From NCBI GenBank assembly GCA_963693365.1, contig CAVNZM010000011.1:9267010-9331009 (forward strand): a DNA stretch of 64,000 nucleotides. Reading direction: 5' to 3'. The position numbers and the translations under genes were made by a program. This DNA comes from Amoebidium appalachense. Its lineage: Eukaryota; Protista; Ichthyosporea. Each line of letters opens with the position of its first letter. The first letter of the stretch is position 1. Positions 42,918 to 56,414 of this stretch are shown one piece after another. The notes under the pieces were generated by a model, which did not search any database, was not told where the DNA came from, and saw nothing but the letters and a program-made list of their open reading frames with translations.

Positions 42918-43035
42918 GAGGGAGAGAGAGAGAGAGAGAGAGCACAAAGGAGGAAAGCAGACACGAATACAAACAAGCTAGGACACATACATACTTCAAG
43001 GCTCTTGCTGTCATACATGGTGACGTATTCCAACA
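42072..43035 (-). mobile_element. Copia 5' LTR (42084-43035) and PBS (42072-42083)
   Basis: TGTTGGAATA...AACAACA then ggttaaaggccc directly upstream of the gag ORF; contains a (CT)n/poly-C tract like the 26.9-kb copy. Confidence 0.9.
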
Positions 43036-43264
43036 CACATTGTGGTTGAATCTGCAAGGTGTGACGCTATGTCACACAATACACACATATATGTACAGGA
43101 TCCGGATAAACTTAAGATATTATAGTTAAATATTTAAATCTGTCAAAATTTAATGGATACATGTTGTAGTACGTAGTGTCTACATTACGGTAAGATCTTT
43201 TCAGTTTGTGTTATGTTTCAGTTCATGTGCTTAGTATAAATGCCACACTCCCCGCTTACACAAA

Positions 43265-43663
43265 ACACACGCACACGCACACGCACACGCACATGCTCTC
43301 ACGCTCTCGTGCACATGCACACGCACATATTCTCACGCTCACACACAGCCCCCCTCTGCTTCCTCTCTCCCAGCTTCGTACCTCCCATATTTGGACTATC
43401 TCCCCATTTGTATCTGGCATATCAGGCTGGTCATCTCTTATCCCTCACCCCCCTTTCGTTACGTTTTTTCCCTTCTTTCTTCCACCAACTTGAGATATTC
43501 ACACACACACACTCTAGCCCCCTTCCGCTTCCCTATCTTCCCTTCCGCTTCTCTGTCACCCCGGCCTGTGGTCTATACACTGAGAGGCAGCTTACCCCCC
43601 CCCCCCCTCCCCCAGCCCAAGTCAAAGGTCACCCCCACGGCCCAGGACACACATACACACATG

Positions 43664-43713
<50 letters not shown>

Positions 43714-44018
43714 AAAACACACAGACACGTAAAGACGCACACAGACACGTGTAGACACACACACACACACACATACACACCACGACATGCATGGTCACAC
43801 ACACGCACGCACACACACTCACCAAAACCACACACAGTTACGTATAGACACACGGGGGGGGGGGGGGGGAAGGAAAAACAAGTCTTGTATGCAGAGCGTT
43901 GTGTGATTTCTCTGGGGTCTATGTGTAACCCCCCCCCCCCCCCACACACACACACATACATACACAAACATACACACCGTGACACACACACACACATAGA
44001 CAGACACACACACAAACA

Positions 44019-44057
<39 letters not shown>

Positions 44058-44498
44058 ACATCACCCACACACCCACACAACAACAGGCCACGAAACAGAC
44101 CACGCAGCCCATGCAACAGGAGGGTGAGGGTGATGGTGAGCCACGTCCCATCGAGGTATGTATCTGTCCTGTCCAACCCACGTTTGTCACACATACACAC
44201 ACCCCACATACCCCCACCACCCACACACGGATACACACACACACACACACACAAAAACATGACACAGACACGTAAGACGCACACAGACACGTATAAACAC
44301 ACACAGACACGCATGGACCCACCCCACACACACACACACACACACACACACCGAACACACACACACAGCGCACATACACACAATATACACACCACTGCTT
44401 ACACAAACCACGCGCACACGCACACGCACACGCACATGCTCTCACGCTCCCGCGTACATGCACACGCACATATTCTCACGCTCTCACGCTCACACACA

Positions 44499-44529
<31 letters not shown>

Positions 44530-44730
44530 GCTTCCTCTCTCCCAGCTTCGTATCTCCCATATTTGGACTATCTCCCCATTTGTATCTGGCATATCTGGTC
44601 ATCGATATCTCTTATCCCTCACCACCTTTCGTTACGTTTTTTCCCTTCTTTCTTCCACCAACTTGAGATATTCACACACACACACACACTCTAGCCCCCT
44701 TCCGCTTCTCTATCTTCCCTTCCGCTTCTC
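43265..44730. repeat. Local duplication: ~290-bp unit at ~43265-43553 and ~44413-44730
   Basis: Shared gcacatgctctcacgctc...ctgcttcctctctcccagcttcgta.ctcccatatttggactatctccccatttgtatctggcatatc...ccaccaacttgagatattcacac...ctagcccccttccgcttc. Confidence 0.88.
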
Positions 44731-45088
44731 GGGGTATGTGCCTGTGCTGCGTGTGCACTTGACATGGTTTTTTTTTGGATATGGCCGTATTGATTTGTCT
44801 ATCCCGTCCACTGTGCATGTGTGTCTGTGCTGTGACATGTAATACTGTGTGCACGCCAGATAGGGCATGCCCTTTTCCCTCACTAACCCATGCATGTATG
44901 TGCCTGTGTGTACCTGTGTGCCCGGTGTTGACCTGCTCCAGCACGCTTATTGAGGCAACTCAACTGCTAGCCAGCTGCAACCTATCTAATTAATCAGCCC
45001 CTAACCATAGCCGTGTGCCATGTGTGATTTATATCGAAGTTTGCATATGTTTTCTGTATATCTGGGATTAACCACTTTCCTGGAAACC

Positions 45089-45133
<45 letters not shown>

Positions 45134-45287
45134 CCTTTCTTTTCTGAGAGGCTGCCAGAATTGTGGGTCAAACAGGCCCCGCCATGGCCACATCACCAGT
45201 TCTGGGGTGTTATTTATAGGGTGGCATGGGGAGGGAGAAGGGGGGCAGGGGGGGGGGGGGGGGGGTATGCTGTATTCGGTCCGTTCC

Positions 45288-45540
45288 GTTACAGTTGGTA
45301 CTCTAACCCTCTCCGGCTTACCGGGGCCTGCAAGTTTGGTTCGCACCATGGCCACCCTCAGATAGGCTGCCACTGGCCCACCCTTCTCACCAGCACCTTC
45401 CCCCCAGTGCGCTAGAGGACCTGTGTGCGTCCCCCCACCTGCGGTCGTTTGAGGCCACCGTAGACCCCAGCAGGGTGCTGCGCCTCAGAGTGGCCCTGGG
45501 CTGTGCGCTGGCTAGTGCCACCCTGGCGCCAAGGGCATAG
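45288..45540 (+). other. Possible terminal exon remnant of an unidentified gene
   Basis: GC-rich coding-like stretch after a cag acceptor ending PSALEDLCASPHLRSFEATVDPSRVLRLRVALGCALASATLAPRA*; frames are broken upstream. Confidence 0.25.
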
Positions 45541-46482
45541 ACAGGGCAACATGTGAATTAGTGCTATGTGTGGTGTGGGCAGCCGCTGGTCGGCTGTGTA
45601 AGTGTAGGCGGTAAAGAGAGTGTGAGAGGGTGCTGGTACGCCCATATTCATCATATTCATCACAGTATCCCCTGTGGTGTGCCTCATGCAGTCAATAAGT
45701 TTAGCAAGCAGCTGCAGCCATGCTTTGTGTGGACATGGGCTTGTGAGGAACCCTGTCAGCACTGGTTGCGTTGGTCAGATAGTTTTGCGGCAGCCAAATA
45801 GCCACGATGCGTGATGGGCCAATCGGAATGTCCCATTTTGTTTACACTTGCATATATATCCGGCGAACTGCGTCGACTCAGTACAGGCCTATGTGGACGT
45901 CTCAAGCTCCCAGTTCAGAGTGCCCAATAGTTAGCTGTGAATATGTGCGCCGAGCTGTCAAGGTCTCAGCCACCTTTGTATATGCCCTTATATAACTAAT
46001 AACATAGGCTAGATCGTATCCAGTTTTAGTTTCTTATCAATATAGACACAGCATACATATACTAACTGTAGACTTATTCTCACATTCGAGCTCTGACAAT
46101 CACGATCTTGTCACAGTTGCTAGTGTGTGTGCCCTCGGAAACCCCCATACGTGGGTTCCTAACCATGCTGGCCCCCTGAAGGGACTATGGGTGAGTGTCT
46201 CTACGCAGCACACACTGACATGGGAAGGAGAGCTTTAGCTTGCCTGCTTACTTGCGAACGTGGTAGGCTGGCCCGCTAATGACTTTAGGTTTTTACCTTT
46301 GGGTCTTTACACCAACCGTGCTTATTGTTTAATCAGCTAGTTTTGTGTTTATTGTTGTTTCTTTGTGCATGTGAGAATTAGAACAAAGGCGTAAGCTGGC
46401 CCGGAAACAGCAGGGGTGTACGGGGCTGTGGAGTGTACCACCGTATATGTGCATGTATGCAACAGAGCGCGCGTGTGTGTGT

Positions 46483-46577
<95 letters not shown>

Positions 46578-47003
46578 TGTGTTTGTGTTTGTACTTGTGC
46601 ATGAATCAGGCAAGTGTGTGCGTATGTGTGTACACGCATCTTTGTTGCACTACTGAGGTCGTGCGGGCAGCGTGCGTGTGTTAATAACATCTCCTTTGTT
46701 TTTTTTTTCTTTGTTCATTTGAAAAAAAAAACCTGATATGTCTATGTGCAGGATACACACGTACGAATGTGTAAGTTGTGTGTTCATTCATTTTTCATTC
46801 ACTGTTTGCGTCCCAACATATTTCAGTGCCCCCCCCCCCCCCCCCCCCCCACCCTCACCCCGGCCCTCCCCGCCCACCCACGCATCCTTTCCTTCTCATT
46901 CTCTCTCTCCTTTTTATGCACGGCCCGAAGTTATAGCAAATAACCCAACACTCTAACACAACCCTTCCCCCCCCCCCCCCTCTCCCCCCCCTCTCCCCCC
47001 CCC

Positions 47004-47037
<34 letters not shown>

Positions 47038-47043
47038 CCCCAG

Positions 47044-47273
47044 CCAGTGCACAGGCAGTTCGTCTCAGGGCGCTGCTGCACCACCCAGGGCTGCCATGGG
47101 GGGGTAGGGCCTGTGCCCTGCGGGTGGGAGTAGTGGGGTGGCTGGGGGTGAGGGAGGGCACCCTGCCGGCCAGAAATAGGCCTCAGTTTGGCCCCAAGTA
47201 CCGCCCGCCCTCCCCACCTAAGCCCCAGTATGTGCCCCTGCCTATAGTCAAGTGGGCCCCCGACCAGGTGTGT

Positions 47274-47332
<59 letters not shown>

Positions 47333-47637
47333 TGTTTGTGTTTGTGTGTTTGTGTGTGTGTGTGTGTGTGCACACATGAATGGGTCGTTGAGGTGTGCCT
47401 GTGTTCCGGTGCGTATGCAGGCTGGTGGTTTGTAGGTGTGCACAGGTGTGCGCAAAGTATATGTGTGTATGGTGTTTGCACACAATGGATGTGTTCGTGT
47501 GTGTGTGCGTGCATGCGTGTTACTTTGCACATGCAAGTAAAACTGTTGGTCTTTGTCTCCGCGCGTGTATGGCTCACTGTTTGCATGTGTTGCAAGAAAA
47601 TAATGGGGGACAGGGAGAGGGGTTGAGGAGGAGAAAG

Positions 47638-47676
<39 letters not shown>

Positions 47677-48747
47677 AGTGGTGGTGGTGGTGGTGGGCTT
47701 TTTTTTTTTTTTTTTTGGGGGGGGGGGGGGGGGGAGGGCTTGACGGCAGGAGACACCACCAGGAACGCGCTGTTGGTTGCCTGTGTGCCTTCACGCATGT
47801 GCTTAGAACCTGCACCAAACAGGCTGGTTAGTTTAGTAAATGCCTGTGGCTTCATGATCACGAACCCCGTGTTGCCCCCTCCCGACGCACGCGCACGCAC
47901 GCACACACACAGGCACGTACCCACGCACGAACACACACACACACACACATGCACACACACACACCAGAAAGGACACATGTACACCCACATGCACACACAG
48001 GCATGGCCTCTTCCATGCCCCCCATCCCTCAGAGTGATAATGCAACTAATTGTTTAAACAGCGTGTTACTTCTCTCTCTCATTTCCAATCTTTCCAGGTG
48101 GGTCTCCCTCTCTCTTTTTTGTTCTCTGGTATCTTCACCCCCACTAACCATTTATCATTCAGGAGTTCAAGACGGTGCGGCCCTACCATCCCAAGCAGAC
48201 ATTCACCCGGCTGGTCAGAGTTACCCTGGAGAAGATCATGGATCCCGGTGTAAGATCGCCCTCCCCCCGTTGCCATGGGTGGTATGTGTGGCATGGGTCA
48301 TGTATAGGGAGGGTGGGTAAAGAATGTGGGGGGTTTCGGTCTTCTCGTCATCTGATGTGCATTAGGTGCCGTGCACGGCCCTGCACACTCTTTAGGATTG
48401 TTTTGGATCATCTCCCCCCCCCCTCCCCCCCCCCCCCCCCCCACCCACACACAACACACTCATCAAAACATCCCTAGACACGGGGCACTCCCTTACAACA
48501 TCCCCCCCCCCCCCCCCCCCCCCCCCCCACCCACCCACCCTACCCACCCACACGTCCCCTGTTCCACCCATCCAACCGCCCACCAAACCACCAACACACC
48601 TTCACACGTCACCAAAGCACCTACACATTCACACTGTCGGCTCACTCTACCCACATCCCTCTCTCCTCTCGCACATATCCGCACACAAACACTTTACTTA
48701 CACGCACCTAACGCACACACACACACGCACGCACACACAAACACACA

Positions 48748-48832
<85 letters not shown>

Positions 48833-48859
48833 GCACCCACACACACACACACACAAACA

Positions 48860-48891
<32 letters not shown>

Positions 48892-49166
48892 CACACACAC
48901 CCACACACACACCTCACAACACACACACGCATGTACGCATGCGCACACACACACGTGCCCACATGCTCGCTCGCCCGTGAAACACACGAGCATACACATA
49001 CACTCACACATGGACACACTCACACACACGTGCACACATGCTCGCGTGCCTGCACACACACACACACACACAACACATGCGCGCGTGTTTGCACACACAC
49101 ACACACACACACACACACGCCTACACACACAGGCACACACACACACACACACACACACGCACGCAC

Positions 49167-49249
<83 letters not shown>

Positions 49250-49340
49250 CCATGATGTTGCTGACTACATCTGCTATCATGGTGCTTCTTTTTGGCACAT
49301 ACGAGGCTGTTCTGACACTGAAGCCAGGTTGGTCGTCTGC

Positions 49341-49373
<33 letters not shown>

Positions 49374-50263
49374 CCCACCACCCCCACCCCCACCACCCAC
49401 CTTCCCACCCACCCACCTGCCCCTTGGGCACCGGGTATTCTGGATGACTTGCACTCCACCTGAGAATGTGCATGGCGTATGATGCATACTCGCTGTGTGT
49501 GCTTCGTATAAAATGATATAATAACGTATAATATGATATAATATCGTATATTATAATATAATATCGTATAATATGATATAATACCGTATAATATGCCGTG
49601 TTGAATGTGCTCTTCGTGCTCGGTAACCGCCCCCCGTGCACGTGCCTAACAGAATCTGCATCATCTTGTCCGTCGTAAATGTTTACGTCATACTCTGTAA
49701 CACATTATCCCCCCCCCCCCCCCCCCCTTCCCCCCCCCCCCCCCCCCCCCCCCTCCCCCCTCCCTTCCCCCCCCTCCCTCTCCCAACTCCCCGGGTCGGT
49801 GAATCTGCACGTACCGGTGTCCCTAAGCCTTGCACTCTTGCATCAATACCCAGCCTCTGTGTGAGTGCATCGAGAGGATGAGTTTGGGTAGGTTTCATTG
49901 CAGGCACGCATCCACAGACACATGACCACCCATATCACCACACTGCACACGTGTTCTGACCCACTGGGCAGCCATTCTGCACACGCAGGAGGGCTACATG
50001 TATGTGGCCAAGTATGCGCTGCACAACTCCCTGTCCTCCATTGTATGGGAGACAGAGCCTGCTGCCCTGATCGCTCGCTCCCTGGTAACAATCACCCCCC
50101 CCCCCCCCCCAAAAAAAAAAAAAAAAAAAAAAGAGAGAGAGAGAGAGAGAAACCACTATCAGCAGAACATAGCTTGTGCAAGGGCTGCGGAGCACTTAAA
50201 CATGCCACAATAGGGCGTAGGGAATGTGGTTTGGTGTGCCCAAGATATGATTACTCATCTCCC

Positions 50264-50294
<31 letters not shown>

Positions 50295-53200
50295 AAAATA
50301 AAAAATAAATAAAATAAAATAAAAAAAATAAAAAAATCAAAAATGCAGAAACGACAAACAACTGTCTCTACAGATATTTTGCATGTGTGTGCTAGTAGAA
50401 CCGTGTCGAAATTGAGTAAGCCTTAAGGAAATGCAGAAAGACATGCGGAGGCACCAACCCCCCCACCCACTGCCCCATTGCTAATCCTGGCATGCACCGA
50501 CTGTATGCACATACAGGACATGGATGTGGATGTCTGTCTGCGCCACTTTGACGATGAATATGAGAACCTGAGCCCCGAGGATGCAAAAACTAAAATCAGC
50601 ATCGCATCGGCATTTGTCGGCAGGTTGTGCATCCCATCCCCCCCCCCCCCCCCCCCCCCCAACTCCCCCCTTTCCCCCCCGGGCATAGCTGCATCTTGTT
50701 TTTCAGCATACACATCGCATTCTTGTCCACCGACGCCCGCCCCACAAACTTTCGGGTGAATTTCTATCAGGGTTCCAATGCTCGCAACGGCAGCTGTGGT
50801 GCCACTACCGGCACATGGCTGGCAGTAAATCCATTAGATGTGCTGTCAGGTTCCACGGTTGTGGCTCAGTTGCCAGGCCGTGCCTAATGCTCACCCCCCA
50901 TCTGCAGGTGCATTGCCGGAGGGTTCATGGTTATCGCCCAGCTGCTGCGCATCTTTACCCTAACAATAAGGGCCAGCGACCAGGTTTGTGCATATGCCAA
51001 ACCCTGCTTACTGCCCAAATATCCCTCCACCCCACAGAAAAAATAAAACGATTAAAAAGAAACTCAAAAATTATCCTGCCCCATTGGGAAGTGTTCTGAG
51101 TGTTTCTTGCCATTACACCTTTTTTGCCTTCTGTTTAGTTTTATGCCATTTGTTTATGTGTTTGGGCCTGTCTGTGTTCACATTGTTGATTTGTCCTGTC
51201 TGAGTTTTTGTGATTTATGTCTTGCCTCCGTTCTCCCGATCATCAAAAAAAGATATCCGGGTTGGGGAGTTTGGAGGGGGAGGGGAGAGCGAGGGGCGGG
51301 AAGGGGGAGGGGGAGGGAGGGGAGGTGTGTGTGTGTGTGTTTAGGTGTGTGTGTGTGTATGTGTGTGTGTGTTGGGGGGGGGGGGGGGGGGGGGAGGGTT
51401 ATGTGATGGGCTCTCCTTGAGCAGTACTTTCCTGCACATTAGTTTGGTTTCCCCATTGGGGTTTGTTTTGGCCCTCCTCCTCGCCTCACAGACACACCCT
51501 CTCCACCCGATGACCCCCCCCCCCCCCCCCCCCCCCTCCCCCTTCCAGGGGCCGGCGCCCTCTTGCATGGACATTTTTTTCTTGGCTTTCTGAAGTTTTT
51601 TGTGTTTTATCTTCTTATGTCTACATTTTCATTATCCATCCCGCTAATGCACACATCCCACCCTCCCCCCCCCTCCCCCCCCCCCCCCCCCCTCCGGGGC
51701 CTCTCCTCCCCGTTAACCTGGTTTCCAATGTTGTACCGGCTGTTCGCTATTGCCTTTTGCTTTTACTCGGAGCTTTAAGCATACCGAATCACCAAACGAG
51801 GATAAAAGATTAGGGGCGCTATTGTTCTCATTTTGATTGCCTGGAGGGGGGTGCAGTACTTTGAGCGGGTGCTGATGGGGGCCGAGCCCCCCCTTGTTGG
51901 TGTGGATGAGCGGGTGGTGCGGTTCTGCAGCAAGGAGAGCAGCGTGACGGAGGTGTCCATGGAGAGGCTGGGTGAGCACCTGGTGCCGGTCATGGACTAC
52001 ACCCCAACGGTATGGCCCATGGTAGCGTGCTTGTTATGGGGCAGGGCACAGTGCTTGTGTGTGCGCGTGCGCGTGCGCATGTCTGTGTGAGATTGTGCGG
52101 GCACATGTGTTTGTGTGTGTGTGTGCATCTGTTTGTGTGTGTGTGTGCATCTGTTTGTGTGTGTGTGTGCATCTGTGTGTGTGTGTGTGCATCTGTTTGT
52201 GTGTGTGTGTGCATCTGTTTGTGTGTGTGTGTGCATCTGTTTGTGTGTGTGTGTGCATCTGTTTGTGTGTGTGTGCATCTGTTTGTGTGTGTGTGCATCT
52301 GTTTGTGTGGTTGTGTGCATCTGTTTGTGTGTGTGTGTGCATCTGTTTGTGTGTGTGTGTGCATCTGTTTGTGTGTGTGTGTGCATCTGTTTGTGTGTGT
52401 GTGTGCATCTGTTTGTGTGTGTGTGTGCATCTGTTTGTGTGTGTGTGCATCTGTTTGTGTGTGTGTGCATCTGTTTGTGTGTGTGTGCATCTGTTTGTGT
52501 GTGTGTGTGCATCTGTTTGTGTGTGTGTGTGCATCTGTTTGTGTGTGTGTGCATCTGTTTGTGTGTGTGTGCATCTGTTTGTGTGTGTGTGCGCGGCGGT
52601 GCTGGTGCACACGGGCACGTGTGTGTATCAGTGCAGTGTGTCCGTGTGTGGGTACATGTTTTTTTGTGCGTGTGTGTGTTTGTTTTTATGCATGTGTGTT
52701 TGTGCTGAGACCATCTTGCACCTGTTGACTTGGTGGTGGGGCCCAGATGCGGGACATGATTGAACGGCAGTCGCTGCAGGGCCAACTGCCCGTCTACTGG
52801 CGGGTCATGAGTGGCCGCTATGGCACCACAAGGTGCGTGGGGGTGTGGGTAACATGTGACCAAATAGTGATAGTTCAAAAAATGGGGATTTTTTTTTAAA
52901 GGAATTTCGGTCCCAATCAGCTCAAAGAATTTTAGATAATCCGATTCTTGACCCGGTCCCGGCGTTATAACTATTTTGCCCGAGCCCTATGGTGTGGGGA
53001 CGGGGGGGACTGGGGGGAGGGGGCTTGAGGTGTGTTTAGAAGGACAGCAAGTGACTTCATTGTGTGTGTGTGCATGTAGGAGTGGATAGATGTGTTGGGG
53101 TTTGCCCGGCATGTGCATCCGACTGTGTTCATTCTTGTGTGGTTTACCTAGCTCATGTGTGCGTGTGTGGCTGTGAATGAGCGGCTGTATGTGTGTGTGT

Positions 53201-55058
53201 GTGTGTTTTTGCATGCATGTACGTGTGCTGTGTGTGCATGCGCGCATGCGCGCCACATGTCTAGAAACATGCAGGGGGCACATGGTAGGGATGAGCATGT
53301 GGTCTTTTGCCTCTGGATGGTGGAGAAATGGTTGCCAGTTGTGTTGATATATTATGTGTGATACTGCCATTTGCACTGTATCTTCTTGGCGGCATGTGTG
53401 CCTTCACCCCTGCCGTCATTTCTTCCTCCATAGCATGACACCTTACGTTCACAACTGCCTGAATGAAAGTGTTGCATCAGCTTTATGCACATACATATGT
53501 TCTATAGACAAACACATAATGTAGTATATTCACACACACATATCCAAGTATTCACCGCCAATACCCCTGTCCCCTTTTCCATTGATTTTTTTTCTCTCGC
53601 AGTCGCTGGCATTTAATTTTCATGTTTGTACACACAGGGCCTGGTCGAGGTTCACGCTTGAGAAATGCAACCTGATCAAGACAACAAATGGTCGGGCACT
53701 GCTCTATCTGGAGGTATGGCATGCTTCCTCCTGGGTGCTTGTGTTAAGTGCATGCGCGTACCGGTGCACGTATACGTTTCAAAGCGCATACATGTGCTGG
53801 GGTGTTGTTGGGTGCATGCACACGCCGGTTGACACCTGTGCTTTTGTGCGTGTGAGAATGTGCGGTATATTAGGATAGTTGATGCTGTTAAACCAGCTTT
53901 TGTCATGACGGCAAACAGCAGCCCCCCCCCCTCCCCCCCCCCCTTCTCCCCCACAACTACACCTTAACATCCCAAGTGCCGCCCTCCCCACTGAAGATTA
54001 AAAAAATGAAAGCAAAGTGTGAACAAACCACACCTACACACCCGAAACCTACCCCCCCTTAGCTGTTCGTGGGCAAAAATCCGCCCCCGGCTTGGGTTCC
54101 CCTGAAGATAGCTTCTGATTAGGGTAACTACCCCAACATGTCTCATGTTTGCTCGGCAACAACTTTTGCAACCCTGACTCGCGGTGCATTTCATCTGACT
54201 GCCCTGAACCCCCACAGGCTGACTTGACGCCAACGGGTGCATTGCTGTTTGACCGCGGCAAAATGGACATTACTGAAGACGATGCCTGCCAGGGCTTCAG
54301 AATGGTACGTACTGATCATGTGGTGTGTAGTAGCTGATAAGGAATTGCAGCAGACAGATTTCTGTCAAAAGGTCTCACACTTACTGTACTGTGGCTAGTA
54401 TAATGACCTACATGCCTTCCCAATCAGCTGGAACATAGGGCCCGCCACAAGGGGCTGCGGCCATTCCGAGTCCAGAGAGTTTACCTAGGTACCATAACCC
54501 CTGCCGTCTACGGATGCATTTCTCTTGTTGTCAAAGATTTGGCTTAGCCCTAGCCCGCACACAGATACAACTATGACAATCACAGCCACATTCACCCAAC
54601 TACAACACAGCACGACCATTCGCACGTTCTTATACATTCAAACCCACTCATTGCGCGTTTGCCACCCAGATAACATACACATTTACACAAACACGACACA
54701 GCTACAACCACATACACACAATCGCCTCCTACAACACAACCACAACCACACACAAGTAGCAACCCCTCCAGCACGACAACCAGGTGCACACTTGCCTTTA
54801 TCACATATTCATGTATGCATACTTCCAATATTTCTCACCCCACCTACTGTCCCAGACAATCAATCTGCCATGACCATCCCATCATATCTCCGTGCCTAGC
54901 AGCATACAGATACCATCCACCATTAAGAATACCCGCCAATAAGAATACGCTAGCGTCCGTTTTTTTATAAGAATACGCACTGCAGCGGGATTTGGGATGT
55001 TTTTAATGGCAGGCTGACCTATAAACTTTGCTGGATCGATGCATATATACTCATGCGC

Positions 55059-55090
<32 letters not shown>

Positions 55091-56383
55091 CTCCCCCCCT
55101 CCCCCCCTCCCCCCCCCCTCCCCCCCCCCCCCCCCTCAACGCCCAGACCCCAACGTTAACCCTCCCCTCCCCATGTCTAGGGATTTAGGGTTCCCCTTCC
55201 CCCTTCCCCCGTCCCCCCTCCTTCAACCTGTCCCCTTTCCCCGCCCCCCCCCCCCCCCCCCCCCCCCCGGGGCGGGGTCCCGTGCCATCTAAGAATATGA
55301 TGGCGGCAAGGCATAAACTTTAAGAATATGCACCACGACCATGGTTTTGGGGGGGTTCTAAATGGCGGACAGCATCTGTATTTCAAATTGCCTCCTGTTT
55401 CCCTGTGCTTTTTTAATTTAAACACACTGCGTGCAGGTGACCTCTCCCGGCTGATCTGGTCGGGGGGAGGGCACAAGTACACGCTGCGGGAGCGGCTTAT
55501 AGAGCGCAAGGAGGTGGACATTCTAATCGACGCTAGGGCATATGTCATCCACCGCATCCTGGAGTAAGTGGCCATGTGGGGAAATGGCATACGCCCCAAT
55601 TGCCTTGTAAGGTGGCTTGCAAGGCCAACCTGCATGCTGGTTGCACCTACGTTAGCTTTAACAACTGTTACAAGTGGGTTTGAGGGAGTTTAGACCGATG
55701 TTGTTTGGTCCTAAGGTGTATATGGATGAAACTGATGTGTGGGGGCAGGTGGTGCCGCATGGTGTCTGTGGACACCAATGTGATCATCGTGGAGACCACC
55801 AACCAGGCATGCTTCCAAGTGCTCCAGAAGCTGTAAGATACCCCCGGCCTGGAACCAACCCGTGTTACCAAATATGGGAATGCATTGCGCCCTCCCCCCC
55901 CCCCCCCAGCCACCCCCCTTCGCCCCCAACGAAACAAATTTTATAGCTGTTCGCACCCACAACACACATCTCAGAAAAGGATTTGAAAACATGTGTCTAC
56001 CTGCTCCAGCTAATTGTCGCCGTGGTATTAAGTGTTCAAACAGGTTCTCTTTATTTGTTTCTTTGATCCAAAAGCATGTGCTCAATGTTTTTTCCAGCCC
56101 CTGGGGGGGGGGGGGGGGGGGGTGCATGGGGGGGAGAGGGGGGGGGGGGGGGGGGCATGTTGCACTCGAGATTGACCTGTCAGGGACCCGACTTGATTAC
56201 GACCTTGATAGTGGGGTGGGGGGTGTCTCCCTGTGTTTGCGTGTGTGTGTGTGGGGAGGGGGGGGGGGGGGGGGGGGGGGGAGGTGGGGAGGAGGGTGTG
56301 TATGCGTTTTTTGGGGGGGAGGGGGGGGAGGGGGGGGGCGCTTTGTGTGTGGTGTTGTGGGTGTGTGGTGGTGGTGGTGGTGT

Positions 56384-56414
<31 letters not shown>
